The translations under genes and the position numbers were made by a program. Under the pieces are notes generated by a model. The model ran no database searches. It saw only the letters and a program-made list of their open reading frames with translations, and had not been told where the DNA came from. Source: Saccostrea cucullata (taxonomy: Eukaryota). Taken from it: DNA of 62,035 nt. Numbering within the stretch: position 1 is the first letter of the stretch; each line of letters begins with the position of its first letter. The stretch is from contig NW_026927872.1 of assembly GCF_032062105.1 (NCBI RefSeq), positions 248,001-310,035 on the forward strand, given 5' to 3'. Of this stretch, positions 31,651 to 41,922 are shown in pieces.

Positions 31651-33771
31651 ATGGGTTTGTCACGGAACAATTCAGTGACCGAAGACGGATTTGCAGTCGA
31701 AGACGACGTTGCATTATGGTGTCACTCTGTCGATAACACTGTAGTTGAAACACAGCCTTATCCTCAAGCTCCAATCATGATGGAACTAGGGGCTCATTTT
31801 GAAGATTCGGAAGTATTTAGAAAATGTGGAATCTGTTACGAAACCCCGATCGATGGACGTCTTTTGGAATGTTTTCATACCTTTTGTGAAACTTGTCTTG
31901 AAAGGGTCTGGTGTGACGCAACTGTTATCAGATGTACTTTGTGTACAAGAACTACATCGATTCCTCCTGAAGGTATCAATGGTCTACCCAAAAACCCATT
32001 CATAAGATCAAAACCCGGTGATGAGATACAGTTGACCATAACCTGTGATCTGTGCGAGGATGGTCGTCAAGCAGAAGTCCACTGTCTCGACTGTGACCAA
32101 AACCTGTGTTCCTCTTGCCGCGTGATACACCTCAAATGTAATGCTTCCAAGGAACACACTGTTCAAAGCTTCGAATCAAGCAACATACCATTGCCCGATG
32201 ATTTACACAGACCAGCTTGCAAGAAAATTCCAAGTACCTGCGTTGATCATGGCGAAGAATTGTCATATCATTGCAGAATGTGTGCGAAAGCGATATGTAA
32301 ATTTTGTAGGAAGGAGCCGGTGCACAGGGGTCATAGGACAAAGCCTCTTTCAGTTGTTATGGACACAAAGCGTAAACAAGTATCTCAAAAGATGACATCG
32401 ATCGAGAATGGGTATTTTGAGGTTTTAAGAAAGAAGTTATACAATACAAGAAAGCACGCCGAAGCTCTCTCCAATAACATTAAAGATGTAATAAATAGCA
32501 TCCTTGCCAGAGCTGAACATCTGAAGCACGAAATCGATGTGGCGAGCGATGCTCTGATTTCCGAAGTCTTGGAGAAGGAAAAAGAGGGACTTGAAAAGTG
32601 TACCTCGTTAGAAACACTCATTGAACAAGAGGTGTTGGGCATTGGAAGTGCTCTACAGTATATTCACAACATTTTGCAGTATGGTTCTCCTTTAGAGGTT
32701 TGTGACGCCTTGCCAACAATCAACAACATTTTAGATGACTACAGCGACAGAGGACAGACACCTCGTTTGGAGAAAACTGACATCACCTTTGAACTTGGGG
32801 ACCTGACGCCAAAATCAATCCAACAAGGTTTCGGGAGTCTGGCGGTAAGGAACAAAGGACGCTTCTGGGCTCGGTCAATATCAGTAGGTTTTCGAGGTTT
32901 ACAAGATGTAAACATCAAAATGCAGACAGGATTCGACTTCCCAACTTCATCATTGGAAGAAGTTCAAGAAGAGGAAGAATTACCAATACACGCTTTAACG
33001 ACATCTTCAACCCATCAAAATCAGGTTTGGACATGCGCTGGATGGAATTCTTCCACTATTGCTCTTCTCGACAACCAGGGTACACCCCAAACTTCTGTCC
33101 CGATTGGCCATAAAGTGGATGACATCACTGCCTCCACAGAAGACGAATTGTTTATCTCATGCTTCCACAAAAGGATGTTGGTCCGTTATAAAATTTCAAC
33201 AGTCACCATGGAGTCGGTCCATTTACCGTACTATCCACGTGGTCTCACCGTCTGTAATGACGGGAGTCTTCTGATATGTATGACCGACAGCTACAGTTCA
33301 TGTGCCTCGGACAACAGCAGGAGGTTTGTGGCCAAATATACAAAAGACTTAAAATTAGACAGTGTGTACGAATTTGAAAACAATAACAGACTTTTTACCA
33401 GACCGTATAGAGTTGCCGAAAACATCAACGGGGACATCTGTGTAACAGACAAAACATCCATGGGTTCAGGAAGAGTTGTGGTTCTTGATCGTCATGGAAA
33501 GTTCAAATTTGCTTTCGAAGGCCCGTCAAACAACCAATGTAAGGGAAGCTTCTCACCTGCTGGTATTACTTGTGATAGCTACGGGCGAATCCTTGTTGCT
33601 GATTCAAACAACAACTGTGTCCATATCCTTGACCCTAATGGGAACTTTGGCGGGTTTCTTCTACAACAAGGGGACACACCAACGAGTCCACATTCCATTT
33701 GTATCGACAATCACAGTCAATTCTGGGTTGGGGATGAAGAAGGCAATATTAAACTGTACGAGTATCTCTAG
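31651..33771 (+). CDS. TRIM E3 ubiquitin ligase-like protein (RING, B-box1, B-box2, coiled coil, NHL-like beta-propeller), 706 aa, single coding exon
   Basis: RING CGIC...CFHTFCETC...CTLC; B-box CDLC...CLDCDQNLCSSC..H; B-box CVDH...CRMC..ICKFC...HRGH. NHL-like repeats YPRGLTV, RPYRVAENINGDICVTD, SPAGITCDSYGRILVAD and SPHSICID. Splice acceptor in the 5'UTR at about 31593; AATAAA at about 33898. Confidence 0.92.
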   Translation: MGLSRNNSVTEDGFAVEDDVALWCHSVDNTVVETQPYPQAPIMMELGAHFEDSEVFRKCGICYETPIDGRLLECFHTFCETCLERVWCDATVIRCTLCTRTTSIPPEGINGLPKNPFIRSKPGDEIQLTITCDLCEDGRQAEVHCLDCDQNLCSSCRVIHLKCNASKEHTVQSFESSNIPLPDDLHRPACKKIPSTCVDHGEELSYHCRMCAKAICKFCRKEPVHRGHRTKPLSVVMDTKRKQVSQKMTSIENGYFEVLRKKLYNTRKHAEALSNNIKDVINSILARAEHLKHEIDVASDALISEVLEKEKEGLEKCTSLETLIEQEVLGIGSALQYIHNILQYGSPLEVCDALPTINNILDDYSDRGQTPRLEKTDITFELGDLTPKSIQQGFGSLAVRNKGRFWARSISVGFRGLQDVNIKMQTGFDFPTSSLEEVQEEEELPIHALTTSSTHQNQVWTCAGWNSSTIALLDNQGTPQTSVPIGHKVDDITASTEDELFISCFHKRMLVRYKISTVTMESVHLPYYPRGLTVCNDGSLLICMTDSYSSCASDNSRRFVAKYTKDLKLDSVYEFENNNRLFTRPYRVAENINGDICVTDKTSMGSGRVVVLDRHGKFKFAFEGPSNNQCKGSFSPAGITCDSYGRILVADSNNNCVHILDPNGNFGGFLLQQGDTPTSPHSICIDNHSQFWVGDEEGNIKLYEYL

Positions 33772-34013
33772 TTATAAAAAAGCGAAGGAAAATTACAAAA
33801 ACATTAGCAATTTGAATTAAATGAGAGTGTCGGCGTGTATATTATATGTCAAACCGTGTAATATTTATCATATACTTTCTTTTAGAATATATTATAGAAA
33901 TAAAAAATTTTTTTTACAAGCATTCAATGTGAAAATTTTCAATACTTAAAAATTTGATATTGATAATTCTTAAATGCCACCGAGTCAGAATTCTCGGTTT
34001 GACCATAAGCAAT

Positions 34014-36033
34014 AACTAGATATCGAGGGGCCTTAATGGTCACAGGTCTTAGCATATACATAGAGAATAATACATACCCTTTTCCACATCCCATCCTGTA
34101 TCAGCCCGAGACACCAATATCAGCCAGAGGGCTGATATTGGTCGAGGGCTGATACAGGATGTGATGTGGAAACGGGTATGTTTTATTTTATTTATTACAT
34201 ACTTCGTAATAAAATACAGAAGATAAGTAAATATAAACCATGCACGTACTTCTTAAAATGTACACAGTCTATTGTCTCATACAGTGTCGGTTTGTTTCTG
34301 CATGTACTTCTATTTCAAATGTCCCCAATCCGTAATTTTAAAATAATCTATTTTTTATCAGATTATCATTACATTCAAAAAGTTAAAATTAAGAGAATTA
34401 TGTAATCCCCAAAATATGTGTATGATCACAAGTACTGTTTTTTGAGGTTTAATTTACTAGGGGTGTGACTCTGATCCGTATCAGCCCTGCAGGGCTGATA
34501 ACCTATATCAGCCCCGCAAATCCATATCAGCCCTGCAGGGCTGATACGGCTATTGTGACGTCAGCCATATCGCATATGCAAAAAACCTGTATTTATTACT
34601 AAGTATGCAATTAAGTTTTGTAGTATACTAACACCTGTGACCATTAAGGCCCCTCGATATCTAGTAATATCTAGTAATAGAAGTACATGCAGAAACAACC
34701 CGAAACTGTATGAGACAATAGACTGTGTACATTTTAAGAAGTCCGTGCATGATTTATATTTACTTATTTTCTTCTCACCTTAATGTGTTCTGTATAATAT
34801 TACTAAGTATGTAATTAAAATAATAAAATATACCCTTTTACACATCACATCCTGTATCAGCCCTCGATCAATACCGTGTCTCGGGTTGATACAGGATGTG
34901 ATATGGAAAAGGGTATGTATTATTCTCTATGTAATGCATCCATTCACTGGCAATTTTCAAAATACCTGTAAATGTTTATTTAACATTTTATAAACTGAAA
35001 AGTGCGTCTAATCTCAAGGTCAAGCATATTTATATCCACGGAAAGGTCTTGTCACACTGACAATACGTTAACATGTACAGATGAAAGCCCTAGCACCAAC
35101 TCTTCAAAACGTATGGTCAATGTTAAAGTTTGATAAATTTTTGCAAAGGTCAATTATGTTGGTCGTCAAAGAAAGGCCTTGTCACAAGAAAAAGCGTGAA
35201 ATATGAAAGTCATAGCTTCAACCAATCAAATGTTATGGAAATGGTTCAAGTTTTAGCAGACGAACGAACAGAACAAAAACTATATATCCCCTACTTTATT
35301 TATGATTTCTGTAAAAGTTGTTTCTTAATATTAATGCCTCCATAATCGAAAATTCGGGGATAGATAGTTTTTATTCTGTCCGTTTGTTATAATTTTGTTT
35401 GGTTGAAGCTATAGCTTTCATATTTTACAAGAGTATTTTTATTGTGACAAGACCTTTTCTTTATATACCTACAAATTTGACCTTGGAATTTATCCTATTT
35501 TTGATCAACTCTACCCATGGTTTTAGTATCTATTGACATTGCACTTCAGCTTGTATTTCAGGTACTTCAACCTTCACCATACGCTGCCATACAGGAGATC
35601 AAAATTTTTTTATACTCAAATATCCCTAATAAATTAACCTTTGATTCCCTATGGTGGCCCTACTCTAGCCCCAGAAATTGTTAACTGAACAAACTTGATT
35701 CTACATCATGTACACATTGAAGCTTTCGCATACCTTTTTTTAGCTTTTCTGGCTTGTGGTTGAGATTTTTTTTTTAAAGATTCATTAAATATTCACTTAT
35801 TCCTCTTTATATCTCCTTTAAAGTGAATGTGAACCTGGGAGCAAATTTAAATTCCTTTAACTTCAAGTGAATCTTTGTTTGAACAAATCTAAACTCCTTT
35901 TACTTCAGAATGACTTGTGGTAAATTTTGCTGAGAGATTTCAAATAGTTGTAGAGAAAAAGATGAAAATGTGGAAAGTTAAACATGTGATATCCACAAAA
36001 AAAGCCAAATTGAGCCTTAAGCCATGAGCTAAA
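34014..36033 (+). mobile_element. Old, fragmented Helentron/HINE-type sequence hosting other insertions
   Basis: HINE-like start aactaga...ggccttaatggtcac and degenerate terminal hairpin attgagccttaagccatgagctaaa. Mixed fragments lie in between. Confidence 0.45.
34057..34933. mobile_element. Foldback non-autonomous element with long inverted arms (possibly Crypton-like)
   Basis: Ends tacatagagaataatacataccc / gggtatgtattattctctatgta. Region 34220-34314 is mirrored at 34678-34765. Confidence 0.7.
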
Positions 36034-36432
36034 CAACCGAATCCTTCTACCATTCTGTTAGTCCGGTCTGTGACCATAATTTACGTCTATAGTACAGGTA
36101 TTTAAAATTTTTGTCAACATCGTCTGAAGAAAGTTTTTGTAAGCTTTTTTTTTTTTTTTTTTTTTTTTTATTAATACCAATTGTCACAGTATACATGTTT
36201 ATAATATCTTATTAACATCAAAACATCATTAATACATATAGTAAATAAATACAAAAAAAATATAATAATGACAATTGAGATTGAGAGGAGGAAAGAAGAA
36301 GAAGAAGAAAAGAGAGAGAGAGAGGTGAGAAAAGGTGAAAGAAGAACAGAAAAGCATGTTCATAGAAATAAAATAGTGGTCTATGTATGTCCAAGCATTG
36401 CAAGAAATCTTTAGGTGTCTGGTTTCAGGGTC

Positions 36433-39400
36433 TTACATGAGTAGAAGCCAGTCTTTCCATTTATCATTAAATTCATTAATTTGATTACTTTTTGTTGCAC
36501 TATATTTCATCGTAGATAGCAATGTTTTAATATCTCCACGTAACGCTTGTAATCTTAAAACCTCATTCCGACATTTAGTTCTGTATATAAATGATTTAAT
36601 ACATAAAAATATTGTATTTAATTCAGTATTGTTGGGTTTTGGATTCCCAAATATGAAATTACAACTATCTTTTGGAAAGTCTATATTATGAGCTTCACAA
36701 AGAATGGTAAAACTATGTAAAAGCTCCTGAACCTTCTGGCATTCCCACATAATATGAAAAATTGTTTCCTCACATGTCTCACAGAAGCTACATAGTTTAG
36801 TATCCTTCAAACCTATTTTATATAACATTTTATTTGTAACTAAGATATGTTGATTTATTCTGAATTGTAGCCATTGCAATTTAGAACTTTTTGTACATTG
36901 AAAAGGAATTTTGTATATCATTTCCCATAGGGAATCTTCAATTTCAAAATGTTTACTCCATTTTACTTTTGAAACAGGCAGTATATGTTCTGTATTCAGA
37001 ATATTATACATAGCTTTTGTTCCTTTTTTACATAGACAGAATAATTTTAAATAAAAAGGTAGGATGGGCCTTGGGTTTACTCTTTCTTTGTTTATTTTTT
37101 CTACAGCCATAGCTTTTTTTACTGCTTTCTGTAAACTTGCATATGTTAAAAAGTTGGTTTCTATATGAAATTTTGCTTGTAGATCCTTTAATTCTAGAAA
37201 AGTTCCCTTTTCATCTAACAAGTCTGAGATAAAAACTACACCATTAATAAACCATTTGGAGTAAAAAATGGGCTTATTGTCAATTTTAAGTTTTTTATTG
37301 TACCATAATGGTTGAGAGATAAAATCTTCCCATGATTCTATTTTCATTTTGTCTTCTATATTTTTGAAAGCAATTAAAGTATCTTTCCAAAAATCATTAG
37401 TTATACTTTGTAGTATTATTTCAATATAATTTGAACCAGTATTAAATAACTTTTTAATATTAAAAGCTTTTTGAACAAGTGATCTCCATTTAGACTCCTG
37501 TCCATTGAGTAGTTTTTTAATCCAAGATGATTTTAAGCTCTTAATGTAGTTATTTAAGTCAATCATATTCAATCCTCCACTCTTGTAATCTTGAGTAATT
37601 TGTTTTCTTTTTATCTTGTCCACTTTTGATCCCCAAAGAAAATTAAATAGAACACTATTTAGATTCTTAACAAAATTTTCAGAAGGTGAAGGTAAAGCAA
37701 TAAAAAGATGGTTTAGCTGTGCTATTAATAATGATTTTATAAGTGAAATCCTACCCAAGGGGGTAGTACGTCTTTTACTCCACTGTAGTATTATATTCTT
37801 AATTTTGACCAATTTTTTGTCATAGTTGAGTTTTGGAACTCTACTTAAGTCAACATCAAAATAAATACCCAATACTTTAAATTGTGTTGACCATTGAAAA
37901 TCCATTTCATTAAGAGGTTTTTCAGATGAATATTTTTTGCTTCCTATCCAGACTATTTGTGTTTTAGAGAGATTTATTTTAAGTCCTGATAATTTATAGA
38001 ATTGATTTATTTCTTCAATGCAATTTCTTAGGGATTTTTCTGTTCCATCTAGTATAACTAATGTGTCATCTGCATATTGAGACATTAGGTATTCCTCCCC
38101 ATCAATTTTAATCCCTTTTATATTTTTATTATTTTTTATTTTTAAAGCTAAAATTTCTGCACAGAGTAAAAATATATATGGTGAAATTGGATCACCCTGA
38201 CGACAACCACGGCCTAGTTTAAAGAAATTAGATAGGTGGCCGGCTTGATTAATTGCTGATACAATATTACATTGAAATAATGAAACCCATCTTCTTAAAG
38301 AAGGACCAAAATTAAAGAATTTCAGGGCTTTATCAATAAAATTCCATGACACAGTGTCAAAAGCTTTTTCAAAGTCAATCATTAACAACATTCCAGGAAT
38401 ATTTTTTTCTTCTGTATAATGCATTAGATCATAGATTAACCTGGTATTTTCTCCTATGTATCTTCCAGGTACAAAACCTGTCTGGTCTGAACTTATAATT
38501 GTATTCAAGATATTTTTCATTCTACTTGCTATACAGCCAGATCCTATTTTATATACAACGTTTAATAATGATATTGGGCGCCAATTTTTTATGAAAAATT
38601 TACTTTTTCCTTCTTTAGGTATACAAGTGATAATTCCCTGTTTTTGTGTAACAGAAAGCTCTCCTTTTTGGTAACCATAATTTATTGATCTTACTATGAA
38701 ATTTCCCAGCTGTTTCCAGAAAACTTTGAAGAATTCTGTTGTAAAGCCATCGCTTCCAGGACTTTTATCATTTGACATATTTTTCAAAACTAGTAATGCT
38801 TCATTTAAAGTTATCTCCCCTTCAAGACTATTCTTTTGTGTATCACTAAGTTTTTCTGCAGCAATGTCCCAAGTATCATCATTTAGATCAACATTTGTCA
38901 TATCAGAATTAGCCTCATAAAGTACTTTATAATATTTTTCGATTTCAAGAAGAATATCTTTCTGATTTGTTATTTCTGAATCAATTGATTCATCTTTAAT
39001 CAATTTAGGGATTATTTTATTTGTATAGTGTCTGTTCTCTAGGTTTAGAAAGTAATTAGTAGGTTTTTCTCCTTCATTCATCCATTTTACTCTAGACCTT
39101 ATGATATTTCCCATAAGTTTATGGTCTCTTATATTTTCCAATTCCTTTTTCTTATTATAAATTGTTTGAATATTTTTATCGTAGTCTTTTTCCAAATTTT
39201 CGATTTCAGAAATTAACTGATTTTCTTTCTCATTGCTTTTTTTCTTTACATAACTAGAATAAGAAATGGTCTTGCCTCTAATTTCCATTAGGAGTGTTTC
39301 AAGGAAAAGCTGTTCATCCGTAGTAAACTGAATTTCTGAATCTGATATTTCTTTGATATATTCTTTAGAATAGATAGGTAATGCATAATTTTCCTTTGTT

Positions 39401-40209
39401 TCCTGAATAACTTTGTTGACCGTTTCAATATATTTAATATCTTTAAGAAGTGAGTTATTAAATTTCCACAAACCTTTTCCATGAGTAAACTCATTCAATT
39501 TAATCTTTAGGCATATTGGTGAGTGATCAGATTTATAACTATTCAAAATTCTACTTTCTTGAACACTATTTAAAAAAGAATTTGATATGAGAAAGAAATC
39601 TAATCTTGCTTGTTTACAAGGGGAAGGTTTACGCCAAGTATATCTTGTTTCATCAGGATGCATTTCTCTAAAAATATCACTGAAATCATACTCAGAGATG
39701 ATTTCTAGAACTTTGCTTCTTGCCTTTGGGTTATTAATATGAAGATAATTAAAATAATCTTTTTCTGGGTCTAAAACTAGATTAAAATCTCCAACCAAAA
39801 TAACATCTTGATTTGATAAGTCCTTTACAATATTTGACAATCTTTCATAAAATGAGGGTGTGTCCTCATTTGGTCCATATATTGAAATTAAACTCAGACG
39901 CTTGTTTTCAATTGTTAAATCTAAAGCCAAAAGATTTCCCGCGTCATCAGCTATTCTATTATGAACCTTATGTTCAAAATTATTATTAAAAAAAATAGCA
40001 ACATCTCTTGACTTTGACGAAAATGAATTAAAATAAGCCTCGTATCCCCATTCATTTCTAATATCATTCTCCATATCACTTGTAAAATGGGTGTCTTGTA
40101 GACACAGAATATTGCATTGAAATTGCTTATAATATTGGAATACGTCCTTTCTCTTTTTAAAATCATGAAGACCCTGACAATTTGCTGAAACTACTGTAAA
40201 CCCAGACAT
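36433..40209 (-). CDS. LINE ORF2p: APE endonuclease, reverse transcriptase and C-terminal CCHC zinc knuckle, 1258 aa
   Basis: EN motifs NCQGL, LQDTH, IYGPN, GDFN, RLDFFL, SDH. RT motifs KSPGSDG, WRPISLLN, DFEKAFD, GCRQGDPISP, YADD. Zinc knuckle CSFC...ETIFHIMWEC. Confidence 0.97.
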   Translation of the reverse strand: MSGFTVVSANCQGLHDFKKRKDVFQYYKQFQCNILCLQDTHFTSDMENDIRNEWGYEAYFNSFSSKSRDVAIFFNNNFEHKVHNRIADDAGNLLALDLTIENKRLSLISIYGPNEDTPSFYERLSNIVKDLSNQDVILVGDFNLVLDPEKDYFNYLHINNPKARSKVLEIISEYDFSDIFREMHPDETRYTWRKPSPCKQARLDFFLISNSFLNSVQESRILNSYKSDHSPICLKIKLNEFTHGKGLWKFNNSLLKDIKYIETVNKVIQETKENYALPIYSKEYIKEISDSEIQFTTDEQLFLETLLMEIRGKTISYSSYVKKKSNEKENQLISEIENLEKDYDKNIQTIYNKKKELENIRDHKLMGNIIRSRVKWMNEGEKPTNYFLNLENRHYTNKIIPKLIKDESIDSEITNQKDILLEIEKYYKVLYEANSDMTNVDLNDDTWDIAAEKLSDTQKNSLEGEITLNEALLVLKNMSNDKSPGSDGFTTEFFKVFWKQLGNFIVRSINYGYQKGELSVTQKQGIITCIPKEGKSKFFIKNWRPISLLNVVYKIGSGCIASRMKNILNTIISSDQTGFVPGRYIGENTRLIYDLMHYTEEKNIPGMLLMIDFEKAFDTVSWNFIDKALKFFNFGPSLRRWVSLFQCNIVSAINQAGHLSNFFKLGRGCRQGDPISPYIFLLCAEILALKIKNNKNIKGIKIDGEEYLMSQYADDTLVILDGTEKSLRNCIEEINQFYKLSGLKINLSKTQIVWIGSKKYSSEKPLNEMDFQWSTQFKVLGIYFDVDLSRVPKLNYDKKLVKIKNIILQWSKRRTTPLGRISLIKSLLIAQLNHLFIALPSPSENFVKNLNSVLFNFLWGSKVDKIKRKQITQDYKSGGLNMIDLNNYIKSLKSSWIKKLLNGQESKWRSLVQKAFNIKKLFNTGSNYIEIILQSITNDFWKDTLIAFKNIEDKMKIESWEDFISQPLWYNKKLKIDNKPIFYSKWFINGVVFISDLLDEKGTFLELKDLQAKFHIETNFLTYASLQKAVKKAMAVEKINKERVNPRPILPFYLKLFCLCKKGTKAMYNILNTEHILPVSKVKWSKHFEIEDSLWEMIYKIPFQCTKSSKLQWLQFRINQHILVTNKMLYKIGLKDTKLCSFCETCEETIFHIMWECQKVQELLHSFTILCEAHNIDFPKDSCNFIFGNPKPNNTELNTIFLCIKSFIYRTKCRNEVLRLQALRGDIKTLLSTMKYSATKSNQINEFNDKWKDWLLLM

Positions 40210-40713
40210 GAAATATGAAATTGAACTGGTGCAAAAAACTTGGACAAATATTTACTCACCATCAGAAAAAGTGTTGCTCTAAACATGCGAAAGATAGAAG
40301 AGAAGATAAAAGAGGAGATTAAAGAATGGTTTAGCAATAAAGACACATGCATCATAGAGTGATAGGTGTGCACGTCTTGTTAGAGATTTAGTCGATAGGG
40401 CAAAGACATTTTACAAATCATATCGGATATGCCGCTTCGAGAAAAAAATAGTAAACCAAAAAGGGTAAACATTTAAATCCGGAAAAGTATGAATATATTT
40501 TCCAAGTTGAAAACTACTTTTAAATCCGGCTTTACCCATTTATATATTAAACAAAAATAATATTCTTAATAAAAACTTTCGTTGTATTGAATTTGAAGGG
40601 AAAACGGCATTAATATTCGTACTTAGGCCTATATATGAAAAATGAACATATTTACAAGATCAAAAAGGTCACCTGATATTATAGTTACCGTCAGTCTTAA
40701 ACTGTTTGAAAAG

Positions 40714-41922
40714 TCACATTTCTAAAGAATTGGCGACTTCATTAATCACTTGTTCCATAATTGAAAATCTCTGGGGTCCAATATGGGCATCCCCCATCCA
40801 CCTTGTGATAACGAAAGCTGCATTGTTTATATTGTTTTCTTTCATGTAGCGCAGCATCTTACGCCCAGCCCCGTGTTCTGAATCGTCATGATAATTTTCG
40901 TGAACGGTACCGTTCTCTGTAGATAATCTGTACACCAAAATTCGGTTATCAGCACTTGCTGCATAGGGATCTATTAGGACTTTGCTGTACATCTTCTTCA
41001 CATCATCCACATTTTTAACTCGAGCACCGAAAGCCATAAATTCCGAACCGTCCTTTTTGATTGGGTCCGAGTTTTTTATTTCAACCGAGTCTAGGTGTTC
41101 TGTCTCTTCAGGTGTTACCAATAAAGCATCTGCATTTGTGAGAAATGGTACGTCATCTTTATATGTGGAGCCGTTGGGCAAGATGACCTGATTCTTTTGA
41201 ATCTTAACAGTGATGTTTTGGCTGCGCAAACTATCTGCCGTATCAAACACCTTGTTTCGAGCGGAAACAATAGATGCAGGTTGCTGCGTTGTAATAAAGA
41301 AAGGCAATGGTTGTTTAGCAATTTTCTTTAGCTTTTGGGCATTAAGAATTGTGTTGATTTTACTACGGTCAGTCAGCTTTGCGGTAATGGATACAGGTCG
41401 ATCGGAATTATATTCTGGACGCACCCCATTCCTATGAATCCTTACAAAGCTGACATCCACCCCCAGAAGTTCTTTAAAAGTAGCTGGCATGGACGTGGTT
41501 AGGTTTTCGTTGGGTTCGAAAGGATAATTATGAATGAGGATATTATCCCGCATTGACCTTGATCTAAGATCCGTAACATCATTTTCGATGACGGACATTT
41601 TCCTGTCCATTCGGATTACAACCGATCGTAGTAATTCCAGTTCTCTCCGCAATTGAGCGTTTTCTTGACGCAGCAAAGATATATCTTCATAATTGCTCTC
41701 ACTTTGTTCAGAAACATATTTTAATTTTGCATTTACACTCTGATCACCCTCCGACAAATCATTTCTAATAGTTTCCACTGATGATTTAATGTCCTGAATA
41801 GTGGTAACAATTGACTCATTATCGGCTGGGTCTTCTAACGGTTCACTACCTGCATTCTTCTGTGAGCACTCCTCAACCTGTTTTTTAGAAGTAGCCCCGG
41901 TTTTTCTTCTGTCTGACGGCAT
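40714..41922 (-). CDS. LINE ORF1p (402 aa from the first ATG): coiled coil, L1-type RRM/CTD region and C-terminal IMPACT/YigZ (UPF0029) domain
   Basis: Heptad region LLRQENAQLRRELELLRS. L1 ORF1-like motifs RSMRDNILIH, FVRIHR and RPVSITAKL. The C-terminus SEFMAF...ASADNRILVYR...DDSEHGAG...VITRWMG..HIGPQRF matches the IMPACT signature. The ORF track start at 42051 is a TTG codon. Confidence 0.9.
   Translation of the reverse strand: MPSDRRKTGATSKKQVEECSQKNAGSEPLEDPADNESIVTTIQDIKSSVETIRNDLSEGDQSVNAKLKYVSEQSESNYEDISLLRQENAQLRRELELLRSVVIRMDRKMSVIENDVTDLRSRSMRDNILIHNYPFEPNENLTTSMPATFKELLGVDVSFVRIHRNGVRPEYNSDRPVSITAKLTDRSKINTILNAQKLKKIAKQPLPFFITTQQPASIVSARNKVFDTADSLRSQNITVKIQKNQVILPNGSTYKDDVPFLTNADALLVTPEETEHLDSVEIKNSDPIKKDGSEFMAFGARVKNVDDVKKMYSKVLIDPYAASADNRILVYRLSTENGTVHENYHDDSEHGAGRKMLRYMKENNINNAAFVITRWMGDAHIGPQRFSIMEQVINEVANSLEM

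Noticed and set aside
31589-33820. Short alternative-frame and antisense ORFs over the TRIM gene (likewise over LINE ORF1/ORF2 and DIRS gag)
   Set aside because: They are shadow ORFs of real coding sequence with no independent support.
40714-41075. A cellular IMPACT gene or processed pseudogene adjacent to the LINE
   Set aside because: There is no RWD domain or intron, it is in frame with ORF1 motifs, and it lies within the TSD-defined element.
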